A stretch of 64,000 bases of DNA from the NCBI GenBank assembly GCA_044225175.1, contig JBGAJA010000003.1, forward strand, positions 197,428-261,427. The letters run 5' to 3'. The first letter of the stretch is position 1. The number at the start of each line of letters is the position of its first letter. The notes beneath the pieces were generated by a model, which saw only the letters and a list, made by a program, of their open reading frames with translations, was not told the origin of the DNA and did no database searches. This DNA is from Candidatus Omnitrophota bacterium (GTDB lineage Bacteria; Omnitrophota; Gorgyraeia; Zapsychrales; Fredricksoniimonadaceae). Shown piece after piece: positions 1 to 9,654 of this stretch. The translations under genes were made by a program, and so were the position numbers.

Positions 1-125
1 CGGAATGGCAAGGGTAATTCTTTGAAGAAATAGCTGGCAAATCCAATGCTGATAATGTTTTTGCCAAGGTCGCAATAGATTTTAGCGACGAATTCTTCGG
101 TTTCATTGTTGAAAATGATTTGCAT
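1..125 (-). CDS. 5' part of a hypothetical, probably membrane, protein running off the window edge (MQIIFNNETEEFVAKIYCDLGKNIISIGFASYFFKELPLPF...)
   Basis: Minus-strand ATG at 125 with AAAGGA Shine-Dalgarno upstream; open frame to position 1. Confidence 0.55.
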   Translation of the reverse strand, partial: MQIIFNNETEEFVAKIYCDLGKNIISIGFASYFFKELPLPF

Positions 126-324
126 GTTATTCCTTTCGCTTGATCCATCGGCGAAAGTAGTAGGGGAATAACTACGGCAATAGGATGGAATGTTGTTTAA
201 TATAAAGTGGGGAAGAGCATTTGAAACAAATGAAAAATACCAAACAGACTAATGATTGTCAATAGATTATTTGTATCCAACAATATCTCTATGTATTTCA
301 TATACTTACAGCACATCTAAGAAT

Positions 325-352
325 TTGACAACCAAGATTTATATGGTATCTT
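325..352 (+). promoter_or_regulatory. sigma70-type promoter of L1
   Basis: TTGACA(325-330), 16-nt spacer ending TGg, TATCTT(347-352); AAGGAG RBS before ATG 432. Confidence 0.6.
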
Positions 353-431
353 TGCAGCGTACATTTAGATCCCTAAATTACCCATTAATTTTAAGACAGG
401 AACCGCAGGGCGTATCTTAAGGAGATAGAGC

Positions 432-3230
432 ATGTATAAACGATTTATCGCTTCCCTGATTATTCTTACCTTCAGTTGTACTTTAATAACTCCCCAAGCT
501 AACGCAGCACAAGAATCTTTAAATTTACCTATACCCGGCACCATGATTAACCTAAGCCCTGCGTTTGAACCAACCTTAATCAAAGGTCTAACAGTTCATA
601 AAGATAACCCATTTTTGTTTGATTTCATCGTAGATACCGGCAATTCAGGATTATCGTTAGAGATGACCGGCCGGTCGTCTCTACGGGAAGAATCTGACCG
701 ATTAATCAAATATTTTTTCGCCTGTCTGACAGTCCCTGAGAAAGACCTGTGGGTTAACCTATCCCCCTATGAAAAAGACCGAATAGTCCCAGAAGCATTA
801 GGCCAAACAGCCTTAGGACGCGATCTTCTGGCTCAAGACTATATCCTTAAACAGCTAACCGCTTCGCTGATATACCCTGAAAAAGACCTAGGGAAAGAAT
901 TTTGGAACAGAGTGTATGCCAAAGCACAAGCCATGTACGGCTCCAATGCCCAGATACCAGTTAACACCTTTAATAAGGTATGGATCCTAGCAGATAAGGC
1001 AACGGTCTACGAACATGGACAAACAGCCTTTGTAGTTAATGGGCATTTGAAGGTGATGTTGGAAGAAGATTATCTAGCCAGAGACAAGAATCACAAAAAG
1101 GTGTCAGACACCTTTTTGAGCAGTCAAATTATCCGTGATATCGTCATTCCTGAAATCGAAAAAGAAGTCAATACCGGTAAAAACTTCGCTACCTTACGCC
1201 AAATCTTCAATTCCCAGATTCTAGCCACATGGTACAAAAAGAACCTCAAAGAAGCTCTCATCAATCAGGTCTATACTGATAAAAACACCATCAAAGGTGT
1301 AAATTTATCAGACCCATCAGTCAAAGAGCACATTTACCAGCAATACCTTCAGGCCTACAAGAAGGGTGTATTCAACTATGTCAAAGAAGATAAACAAGCC
1401 AATGGCCAGGCAGTTCCAAGAAAATATTTCTCAGGCGGGTATCAAGGGGCCAATGCAGCCATGCTCATAGTATCTCATGATTCTAAGCAGGTTGAGGGAG
1501 CTTTGATGTCAACAGGAAATAGATTCCGTTTTCAAATAGCTCTTGCCATCAATAGTGATTCCGCCATGGCAGCTAGCGAGAGTATGTTTTCTAAAATGGC
1601 AGAAAAGGATATTCATAGTCTTCAAAATTGGCTGGCCCACACAAATAATTTTTTTGATATAAGTAAGATGCCTTTTGATGAGAAATTATCTGTGATTGGC
1701 GCAGATCTTAAATTAACAGTTCTTCCTACTTTAGAAGAATTAGAGCTATTGACTCAAGTTGAAATAATGATGTTAACCTTTGAAGGTAAGGCAGAGACGC
1801 CAATTAATCTTTTAAAAGACTTAGTGGTAAAGATAGCGCAGGATGATTCACTAAAGAAATTATTTGCCAACCCTTCCATTCAAATCCGGCTTAAAGCAGT
1901 AAAAACTCAAGAGATTGAACTAAATATATTATTTAATTTTCTAAAACAAATACTTGGAATAAGTGAACGTACTGTCCCCACAGGAGAGTTTAGCAGAGTG
2001 AAAGGAGGGGTCGTCTGGCAGAAACATGGTGTGAAAGGTGCTGAAAAGAATCCGTCAGTAATTCCTGCTGTCGTTGCATTCATTGATGATGGTTTATATG
2101 AAGTTGGGATTCATCAATCCCACATGGGTGAGATATTAAAACTCACTCCACAATCCCCAAATATGTTGGAACGATTAGTAGAATTATTAAATAAAAATGT
2201 CATTACGGTTCAAAATAAGATCAGACCTCTAACGCCTGAAGAAGTGATAATCTTTGCAAAGATTATTTCTGAAGAAAGAACAGCTTTACAAAATGTCCCT
2301 TTAAAATCTGCAACACTCCTTCCATCCTATCTTAATGCAGATCAGTTGAATGATTTGATTTTGTCGATTGTTAATAAGTATGATATTAAAACTGGTTTAA
2401 AGAAATCTGATTCAGCCATGGCTGCTAAACCCAAAGAAACTCAATCTTCGAATTTAGCTAAGGGCGTAAATTTTGAAGAATTAGACAGAGAAAACAAAGA
2501 GCTAATCCAAAAATTACCAAAGCAGGGAGGCTTAACCTTATCTGATCCCCTCAGCGAACGTCCGATGCAACCAACAGATACCTTTGAGATTCCCTTGGAT
2601 TCATTGAGAATTTACCCCGTCATAGTAACCGTTAATGGTTCCAACCCTTTACGAATTCTCAGAAATCAATTGGGAAAGGACGTCCATTTCCAAGCAGGAT
2701 GGTTAGGGGTGAGAGAACTATTAAACCCAGGTCTCTTTGACTTTACGAAGGGGCGTTGGAGAGTGATTCAATCTGATGGAAGAGAGAAAATTTCTCCATC
2801 TCTTAAAATTGAAGTCACCCCTGACAAACTGATTATTTCTACTACCGACTTTAGAGTTGGAGATCTAAGCATTCGATATTTTGATCAAAGTAATAAAGCC
2901 ATGGTGGTGGCTAAACCAGCAGGAAAATTTGCCGATGCAGCGATGGCGACTAAAAGCGAGACAGTAGCTGATAAAGTAACAATTACGGAAAAATTACCAC
3001 CCGGTGGTATCGACTTAAACTCAGCCAATATGGGTATGATGGTGACCAAGGATGCTAATGGCGGGGTGAAGGTTAATTTTGACCCTGCCATGATTGAACG
3101 CATAAAATCTCAAGGTGTGTTCTCGGCCGATCCGATTATTATTCAAATCACCCCAATCAATGCAACCCAGATACGCCCATTGCTTGGATTCAAAGATCTC
3201 GAGCAAACTCAAAAGCTGGCGAAAGTTTAG
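432..3230 (+). CDS. Large secreted modular protein L1 (conserved N-domain, variable cargo, GGIDLN C-domain)
   Basis: Signal peptide ending ANA-AQ; N-domain highly similar to ORFs at 37066, 40893 and 44648; middle region unrelated to theirs; C-terminal PPGGIDLN...IIIQITP. Confidence 0.9.
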   Translation: MYKRFIASLIILTFSCTLITPQANAAQESLNLPIPGTMINLSPAFEPTLIKGLTVHKDNPFLFDFIVDTGNSGLSLEMTGRSSLREESDRLIKYFFACLTVPEKDLWVNLSPYEKDRIVPEALGQTALGRDLLAQDYILKQLTASLIYPEKDLGKEFWNRVYAKAQAMYGSNAQIPVNTFNKVWILADKATVYEHGQTAFVVNGHLKVMLEEDYLARDKNHKKVSDTFLSSQIIRDIVIPEIEKEVNTGKNFATLRQIFNSQILATWYKKNLKEALINQVYTDKNTIKGVNLSDPSVKEHIYQQYLQAYKKGVFNYVKEDKQANGQAVPRKYFSGGYQGANAAMLIVSHDSKQVEGALMSTGNRFRFQIALAINSDSAMAASESMFSKMAEKDIHSLQNWLAHTNNFFDISKMPFDEKLSVIGADLKLTVLPTLEELELLTQVEIMMLTFEGKAETPINLLKDLVVKIAQDDSLKKLFANPSIQIRLKAVKTQEIELNILFNFLKQILGISERTVPTGEFSRVKGGVVWQKHGVKGAEKNPSVIPAVVAFIDDGLYEVGIHQSHMGEILKLTPQSPNMLERLVELLNKNVITVQNKIRPLTPEEVIIFAKIISEERTALQNVPLKSATLLPSYLNADQLNDLILSIVNKYDIKTGLKKSDSAMAAKPKETQSSNLAKGVNFEELDRENKELIQKLPKQGGLTLSDPLSERPMQPTDTFEIPLDSLRIYPVIVTVNGSNPLRILRNQLGKDVHFQAGWLGVRELLNPGLFDFTKGRWRVIQSDGREKISPSLKIEVTPDKLIISTTDFRVGDLSIRYFDQSNKAMVVAKPAGKFADAAMATKSETVADKVTITEKLPPGGIDLNSANMGMMVTKDANGGVKVNFDPAMIERIKSQGVFSADPIIIQITPINATQIRPLLGFKDLEQTQKLAKV
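658..684. repeat. In-frame REP-like palindrome in L1
   Basis: TAGAGATGACCGG/CCGGTCGTCTCTA followed by C; GTAG foot on the minus strand; same site occupied in L2 and L3. Confidence 0.8.
1094..1118. repeat. In-frame palindromic element in L1 (encodes KKVSDTFL)
   Basis: CAAAAAGGTGTC-A-GACACCTTTTTG, perfect 12-bp arms; two more copies at 60111-60179. Confidence 0.85.
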
Positions 3231-3258
3231 AGATAAGATAGTCAAAAGGATGTTTTAT

Positions 3259-3301
3259 AAAAACCTTCGTTGGGTAGAGTTTACCTAGCGAAGGTTTTTT
3301 T
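3259..3301 (+). terminator. Intrinsic terminator after L1
   Basis: AAAAACCTTCGTTGGGTA/TACCTAGCGAAGGTTTTTTT stem with T tract. Confidence 0.8.
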
Positions 3302-3334
3302 CTAAATAGAACCTGTCATTTTTTGAAATTAAAT

Positions 3335-3373
3335 TTGACAACAGACTTTCAAATGTTACTATTAAAGTAACAT
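3335..3373 (+). promoter_or_regulatory. Promoter and likely autoregulatory operator of the Rrf2 gene
   Basis: TTGACA(3335) and TGn-TACTAT(3357); perfect inverted repeat ATGTTACT-N5-AGTAACAT (3353-3373) overlapping the -10 and start codon. Confidence 0.7.
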
Positions 3374-3788
3374 GAATAAAGACCAAAGGCTGTCTTCGGC
3401 CATTCATATTCTAGTTGCCCTTCACTACATGGGGAGTTCTTTGGATAGTAAAAAGCTTGCGATGAGTTTACAGACCAATCCGGCTTTAATTCGAAGGATT
3501 CTATCCCAATTATCGAAAGCCAAGCTTATTGTGACTGAAAAGGGTAAAGGTGGAGGTTCAACCTTGGCTAAGAAGCTCTCTGAGATTACGATTGGCGATG
3601 TCTATCAAGCCTTGGGGGAAAACAGGATTTTTAAGTCTTTTGATAAGAAACCTTTTGAGAAGTGCGAAGTGAGCTGTTGTATGAAAGATACCTTAGACAA
3701 TTTGTATGAAGATATTGAAGACGTCATGCTCAAGCGAATGCACAAGATAACTTTGGCGCAGGTGATTAAGGGGATTAAGAGAGGTTAA
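3372..3788 (+). CDS. Rrf2 family transcriptional regulator
   Basis: AIHILVAL...LAMSLQTNPALIRRILSQLSKAKLIVTEKGKGGG winged helix; C-x3-CC motif. Confidence 0.9.
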   Translation: MNKDQRLSSAIHILVALHYMGSSLDSKKLAMSLQTNPALIRRILSQLSKAKLIVTEKGKGGGSTLAKKLSEITIGDVYQALGENRIFKSFDKKPFEKCEVSCCMKDTLDNLYEDIEDVMLKRMHKITLAQVIKGIKRG

Positions 3789-3889
3789 AACTAAATTTTT
3801 GAAGCTTTTTTGGCTTTTGGGACATAAATAATGTATCTTTAATACCAGTGTCTTAGAGGCTGGTTATATTTAATAGAAAGTAAAGGGAA

Positions 3890-5083
3890 GTGATTATGAT
3901 AGGTTTCATGAAGCAATATAAAATTGGGATCATCGTTTTAGCCGTAATCGTTTTATCCACTGGCACATGGGCTATTTACCATAATAGTAGTGCCAATGCC
4001 AGCCAGCCAAAGGCGGCCCCTCCTGCAGTTCCTGTATTTGTTCTAACTACTCAAGAAAAACCTGTTCGCACATGGACAGAATATTCCGGCCGCTTGCAGG
4101 CGGTTGATTATGCAGAAATTCGTCCTGAGGTGAGCGGGCGTATTAATGAAATTCGTTTTCAAGATGGTCAAACCGTCAAAGAAGGCGATATTCTATTTGT
4201 CATTGATCCCCGGACCTACCAGGCTGCAGTAGAGAAGGCCCAGGCAGATTTGACATCAGCCAAAACCAACGCAGAATTTTCAAAAACAGAGTTTGATCGA
4301 GCTTCCGACCTTATTAAGAATCAAGCTATTCCTCAACGAGTCTATGATGAACGTTCGAACGCCAATCAAATGGCCCAATCAGCTGTTCAGGCAGCCCAAT
4401 CTGGTCTTGATCAAGCTCAGATTGCCCTGGATCATGCTTATGTGAAAGCTCCTATATCGGGCCGAGTGTCTCGAGCAGAGATTACTGTTGGAAACCTGGT
4501 CAATGCTGGTCCTGGCGCTCCTGTATTAACAAGTATTGTCTCTAACAATGGCATCTACGCTGATTTTGAAGTGGATGAACAAACCTATTTACAAAGCATT
4601 CGTAAAAGCCCTCAGGATCAAGAAGAAGAACAACAAATCCCCGTCCAATTAACCATTCAAGGGGATCGTAATATCTATAAAGGAACCATCCATAGTTTTG
4701 ATAATCATATCAATCCTTCTTCAGGAACGATCCGTGCAAGAGCTAAATTTGGTAATGAAGATGGGAGCCTTGTTCCTGGGATGTTTGTGTCTATTAAATT
4801 GGGCAGCGCATTTGTCATCAATGCCATCCTTGTGCCAGAGCGCGCCATTGGTTCAGATCAAAACAAGAAATTTGTTTACGTCGTAGATAAAGATAATAAG
4901 GTCCTCTATCGTGAAGTTGAATTAGGTAAAGAAGTCGAAGGACAGCGCATTGTGATCGCTGGATTAAAACAAGGTGAGCGCGTCATTGTTGATGGCCTGC
5001 AACATGTACGTCCTGATACGATAGTAGATGCTAAGGACATTGCTTCTAAAGCAGATAACCCGCCGGTGGAGTCCAAAAAATAA
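3890..5083 (+). CDS. RND efflux periplasmic adaptor (MexE/OqxA-like)
   Basis: EIRPEVSGRI, APISGRVSR and GTIRARA motifs; N-terminal anchor. Confidence 0.93.
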   Translation: MIMIGFMKQYKIGIIVLAVIVLSTGTWAIYHNSSANASQPKAAPPAVPVFVLTTQEKPVRTWTEYSGRLQAVDYAEIRPEVSGRINEIRFQDGQTVKEGDILFVIDPRTYQAAVEKAQADLTSAKTNAEFSKTEFDRASDLIKNQAIPQRVYDERSNANQMAQSAVQAAQSGLDQAQIALDHAYVKAPISGRVSRAEITVGNLVNAGPGAPVLTSIVSNNGIYADFEVDEQTYLQSIRKSPQDQEEEQQIPVQLTIQGDRNIYKGTIHSFDNHINPSSGTIRARAKFGNEDGSLVPGMFVSIKLGSAFVINAILVPERAIGSDQNKKFVYVVDKDNKVLYREVELGKEVEGQRIVIAGLKQGERVIVDGLQHVRPDTIVDAKDIASKADNPPVESKK

Positions 5084-8000
5084 TGAATCTTTCTGCGTTT
5101 TTTATCAATCGTCCTATTTTTGCTGGCGTTATTTCGACCATTATCTTTCTAGGCGGACTGATGTCCATGGGTCAGTTACCTATTTCAGAATATCCAGAAG
5201 TCTCGCCACCTTCGATTGTTATTAATGCACAGTATCCAGGCGCCAATCCTAAAACCATTGCAGAAACAGTAGCTACTCCATTGGAAGAGCAGATTAACGG
5301 TATTGAGAATATTCTTTATATGCAATCTCAAGCTTCCTCCGATGGAAATTTGTCGCTTACGGTCACCTTTAAAATAGGGACAGATCCTAATTTAGCCCAA
5401 CAATTAGTCCAAAACCGCGTCAATCAAGCCTTGCCTCGTCTTCCAGATGTCACCCGGCAATTGGGTGTGACCACCGTTAAAAGTTCTCCAGATTTAACCA
5501 TGGTTGTGCACTTAAAATCTCCTAGTGAACGTTACAACGAACTTTATTTAAGAAATTATGCTGTGTTAAATGTTAAAGACCAATTGGCTAAGATTGAAGG
5601 AGTAGGGACGGTTCGTGTATTTGGTTCAGGAGATTATGCCATGCGTGTTTGGCTTAATCCGGATAAGATTGCCGAGCGAAGCTTAACAGCTAATGATGTG
5701 GTGAACGCCATTCGAGGACAGAACGTGCAAGTGGCAGCTGGGGTCATCGGAGGTCCACCATATGAGCAGAAGAATGAACTGCAAATGACAATCAATGCCC
5801 AAGGGCGGCTAACAGAGCCTGAGCAGTTTGCCGAAATTATCATCAAACGAGAGAATGATGTTATTACCCGTCTTAAAGATGTAGGGCGTGTTGAATTGGA
5901 TGCCTCAACCTATAGTTTACGCTCTTTGCTTAATAATCAACCAGCCGTTGCTATCGCTATTTTTCAAGCCCCCGATTCCAATGCCATTGAGATTTCCAAT
6001 CGTGTGCGAAAAGCCATGAAAGAAGTTAAGAAAAGCTTCCCAGAAGGGGTTGATTTTGCCATTGTTTATGACCCTACCGTCTTTGTGCGCGGTTCTATTG
6101 AAGCTGTTATCCATACCATGATTGAGGCCGTTCTTCTGGTCGTCCTGGTCGTTATTTTATTCTTACAAACATGGAGAGCTTCCATCATTCCTTTATTGGC
6201 TGTTCCCATTTCCATTATTGGAACCTTTGCCATTATGCACATGTTTGGATTCTCCATTAATACACTGTCACTTTTTGGGATGGTGCTGGCGGTCGGGATT
6301 GTCGTTGATGATGCGATCGTTGTTGTAGAAAATGTGGAACGTAACATTGAAAATGGACTGTCTCCTCATGATGCCACAATTAAAGCTATGCAAGAGGTCA
6401 CAGGCCCTATTATTGCAATCGCTTTGGTCCTTTGTGCGGTATTTATTCCCATTGCCTTTATTAGCGGTTTAACGGGTCAATTTTACCGTCAATTTGCTCT
6501 CACTATTGCATTCTCAACTATTATTTCAACCTTCAACTCCCTGACTTTATCTCCAGCATTGTCTGCTGTTTTACTTAAAAGTCACGACGCACCTAAAGAT
6601 AAATTGACTATCATCATGGATCGTGTGTTTGGAGGATTCTTTGCTGGGTTTAACCGGTTCTTTAAAGGCAGCTCCCAGAAATATAGTCAAGGTGTAGGTG
6701 GAGTTATTCAGCATAAATCCAAAACACTTTTTGTGTATGTTTTGTTGCTGGGTTTGACTTACATTGGTTTCCAACATGTCCCACCTGGCTTTGTTCCTAT
6801 GCAAGACAAGCAATATCTGATTAGTTTTGCCCAATTGCCAGAGGGTGCCACTTTGGAACGCACCGAAAAAGTCATTCGTGAGATGTCTGAAATTGCTATG
6901 AAAGAGCCAGGGGTTCAAGATGCGGTTGCATTTCCAGGACTGTCGGTAGCTGGATTTATGAACAGTTCATCAGCCGGGATTGTGTTTGTCCCCTTGAAAC
7001 CTTTTGAAGAAAGACGTTCCAAAGAACTTTCCGGTATGGCTATTTCCCAGAGCCTTCAGATGAAATATGCGGGCATTAAGGACGCCTTCATTGCTATTTT
7101 CCCACCACCGCCCGTTAGAGGTTTAGGAACGATGGGGGGGTTCAAGTTGCAGATTGAAGACCGATCAGATCATGGGTATGAAGAATTAGCTGCGACTGTA
7201 CAAAAAATTACGGGAAAAGCCTATCAAACTCCTGAACTAACTGGAGTCTTTTCTTCTTATAAAATCAATGTGCCTCAGCTTTATGTGGATTTAGATCGAA
7301 CCAAAGCTATGCAGTTAGGTATCAATGTTAAAGATGTATTTGATACCATGCAGATTTACTTAGGATCTATGTACGTGAATGATTTTAATAAATTTGGCCG
7401 TACCTATCAGGTGGTAGCTCAAGCTGATCGTGAATACCGTTCCTCTAAGGAGGATATTTTGAAATTGCGTACACGCAACGATAAAGGAGAAATGGTTCCC
7501 TTAGGTTCCGTCGTACAAATCCAAGAAATGACAGGCCCTGAAAGTGTGGTTCGCTACAACGGTTTTAGAGCCGCTGATATTAATGGCGGTCCAGCACCCG
7601 GGGTTTCTTCAGGCCAAGCTCAGGCAGCGATCACCAAGATTTTGGATGAGAACCTTCCTAAGGGGATGACCTATGAGTGGACAGATTTGGTGTATCAACA
7701 AATTCTGGCAGGCAATACAACCCTTTTGGTTTTCCCGTTATGCGTGCTTTTAGTATTTTTAGTGCTGGCTGCTCAATATGAAAGTTTTGTTTTGCCGCTG
7801 GCCATTATCTTGATTGTACCTATGTGTTTATTCTCAGCGATTATGGGAGTATGGCTTACTAAGGGTGATAACAACATGTTTACCCAGATTGCTTTCTTTG
7901 TGTTGATTGGGCTTGCCTGTAAGAACGCTATTTTGATTGTGGAATTTGCCCATCAATTGGAGCTTCATGGTAAGAAGACCATTGATGCTGCTATAGAGGC

Positions 8001-8229
8001 GGCACGGCTTCGTTTGCGTCCAATTTTGATGACATCATTTGCCTTTATCATGGGTGTCTTGCCATTAGTTATGTCGCATGGGGCAGGTGCTGAGATGCGT
8101 CATGCCATGGGTATTGCTGTGTTTTCAGGTATGTTAGGCGTCACATTCTTTGGGATATTCTTGACACCTGTTTTTTATGTCATTCTTCGTACAATGGAGA
8201 AAAAATTTAAGGGTGATACGAAGCATTGA
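5083..8229 (+). CDS. Multidrug efflux RND permease (HAE1, MexF/OqxB-like)
   Basis: FFINRPIFA, VGIVVDDAIVVVENVER and RLRPILMTS motifs; 1048 aa. Confidence 0.96.
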   Translation: MNLSAFFINRPIFAGVISTIIFLGGLMSMGQLPISEYPEVSPPSIVINAQYPGANPKTIAETVATPLEEQINGIENILYMQSQASSDGNLSLTVTFKIGTDPNLAQQLVQNRVNQALPRLPDVTRQLGVTTVKSSPDLTMVVHLKSPSERYNELYLRNYAVLNVKDQLAKIEGVGTVRVFGSGDYAMRVWLNPDKIAERSLTANDVVNAIRGQNVQVAAGVIGGPPYEQKNELQMTINAQGRLTEPEQFAEIIIKRENDVITRLKDVGRVELDASTYSLRSLLNNQPAVAIAIFQAPDSNAIEISNRVRKAMKEVKKSFPEGVDFAIVYDPTVFVRGSIEAVIHTMIEAVLLVVLVVILFLQTWRASIIPLLAVPISIIGTFAIMHMFGFSINTLSLFGMVLAVGIVVDDAIVVVENVERNIENGLSPHDATIKAMQEVTGPIIAIALVLCAVFIPIAFISGLTGQFYRQFALTIAFSTIISTFNSLTLSPALSAVLLKSHDAPKDKLTIIMDRVFGGFFAGFNRFFKGSSQKYSQGVGGVIQHKSKTLFVYVLLLGLTYIGFQHVPPGFVPMQDKQYLISFAQLPEGATLERTEKVIREMSEIAMKEPGVQDAVAFPGLSVAGFMNSSSAGIVFVPLKPFEERRSKELSGMAISQSLQMKYAGIKDAFIAIFPPPPVRGLGTMGGFKLQIEDRSDHGYEELAATVQKITGKAYQTPELTGVFSSYKINVPQLYVDLDRTKAMQLGINVKDVFDTMQIYLGSMYVNDFNKFGRTYQVVAQADREYRSSKEDILKLRTRNDKGEMVPLGSVVQIQEMTGPESVVRYNGFRAADINGGPAPGVSSGQAQAAITKILDENLPKGMTYEWTDLVYQQILAGNTTLLVFPLCVLLVFLVLAAQYESFVLPLAIILIVPMCLFSAIMGVWLTKGDNNMFTQIAFFVLIGLACKNAILIVEFAHQLELHGKKTIDAAIEAARLRLRPILMTSFAFIMGVLPLVMSHGAGAEMRHAMGIAVFSGMLGVTFFGIFLTPVFYVILRTMEKKFKGDTKH

Positions 8230-8240
8230 TCAGGAAACTT

Positions 8241-9641
8241 ATGAAGAAAATTTTTTTGTTTTTGATAGTTATTCCATTGCTTAGTTCTTGCGCGCATCCT
8301 CATGCTTTCCAATCTTCGGGAATCAAAGCGCCTTCTTTATGGAGCCGATGGTTTCAATCTAAAAACTCGCCTATGGATGATGTTCTTATTGTCGATGACA
8401 AAGCCCAAGTAGAGCACCATTGGTGGAAACATTTTCATGATCCAGTTCTTGATGAGTTAATTCAACAGGCTTTAAAGAACAATAAAACCCTGGCCATTGC
8501 TAAAGCTCGTGTCGAAGAGGCGGGTGCAAATTATGGAATTGGGTTATCTAATCAAATGCCTCAAATTGATTTGATTGGAAAACCAAAACGCGGCAATGAA
8601 GGCCTTGGCACCAGTGATAAGGTCAGAAGTATTGTCGATGTTAATCTGCAAGCCACATGGGAGATGGATATTTTTGGACGCAATCTTCCAAGGCTCGCCC
8701 AAATCCAAACCATCATGCAATCTCAGGAAGCAAGCAGGCAAGGAGTCATGGTTGGTCTTTTAGCCCAAGTGGGACGCAATTATTTTGATTTACGTAATTA
8801 TGAGCAGCAGATTGTAATCACGAAGAAGAATTTAGAGAACCAACAAAAGACATTAGACCTTATTAAAGCCCAACAAAAAGGGGCTATGGTGAGTGATTTT
8901 GATGTCGAGCGTGCAGGTGCCCAGGTTTCAAGGACTCAGTCCCAGCTTCCCTTGTTACAGGCCGCTTATGAAGCAACATTAAATCGTTTAAATGTACTTC
9001 TTGGAGCAGTTCCTGGAACTAAGGATTTTCTGCTTAAAGAAAAACAGGCGCAAGAACCCATTAATCAACAAGTGGTTGTTGCTGCTCCAGCGACTGTATT
9101 GGCTAATCGCCCCGATGTGAAAGCAGCGGAGCGTCTTTATGCCGCAAGCATTTCTGGTCGTGAATATGCAAAGAAAGAAATTTTTCCGAAGATTACATTG
9201 CTCTCATTTTTTGGTATTCAAGATTCAAAATTATTATCAACCTATCCATGGAGTGTGGGGATTACATTTATTCAGCCAGTTTTAGATTTTGGCCGTATCC
9301 AAGGAGATATTAAGGTAGCCCGTGCTCAAGAACGTCAGGCATTCTTGCAATATCAACAGACAGTCTTGGAAGCTTTGGAAGATATGGAAAATGCGCTCTC
9401 TGGCTATAAAAATGAAATGGTCCGCAATGGATTTCTAAAGACTTCTGTTGAACAAAATCGTAAAGCAGCAGATTTGTCCAAGCAACAATTCCAAAGTGGA
9501 TACACAGCACTTTTGGATGTTCTTGTTGCTGAACGCAATGTCCTAGATGCTGAATCAGATTTTGCCGATTCTGATGCCAAGCTTAGAAAAGATCTTATTG
9601 GTATTTATACGGCTTCAGGTGGTGGTTGGTTAGTTGAATAG
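8241..9641 (+). CDS. Outer membrane efflux lipoprotein (OprN/NodT family)
   Basis: Lipobox LLSSC; WWKHFHDPVLDELI and RPDVKAAER motifs; ATG 8241 follows AGGA. Confidence 0.92.
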   Translation: MKKIFLFLIVIPLLSSCAHPHAFQSSGIKAPSLWSRWFQSKNSPMDDVLIVDDKAQVEHHWWKHFHDPVLDELIQQALKNNKTLAIAKARVEEAGANYGIGLSNQMPQIDLIGKPKRGNEGLGTSDKVRSIVDVNLQATWEMDIFGRNLPRLAQIQTIMQSQEASRQGVMVGLLAQVGRNYFDLRNYEQQIVITKKNLENQQKTLDLIKAQQKGAMVSDFDVERAGAQVSRTQSQLPLLQAAYEATLNRLNVLLGAVPGTKDFLLKEKQAQEPINQQVVVAAPATVLANRPDVKAAERLYAASISGREYAKKEIFPKITLLSFFGIQDSKLLSTYPWSVGITFIQPVLDFGRIQGDIKVARAQERQAFLQYQQTVLEALEDMENALSGYKNEMVRNGFLKTSVEQNRKAADLSKQQFQSGYTALLDVLVAERNVLDAESDFADSDAKLRKDLIGIYTASGGGWLVE

Positions 9642-9654
9642 GTGAAAAAAAGAC

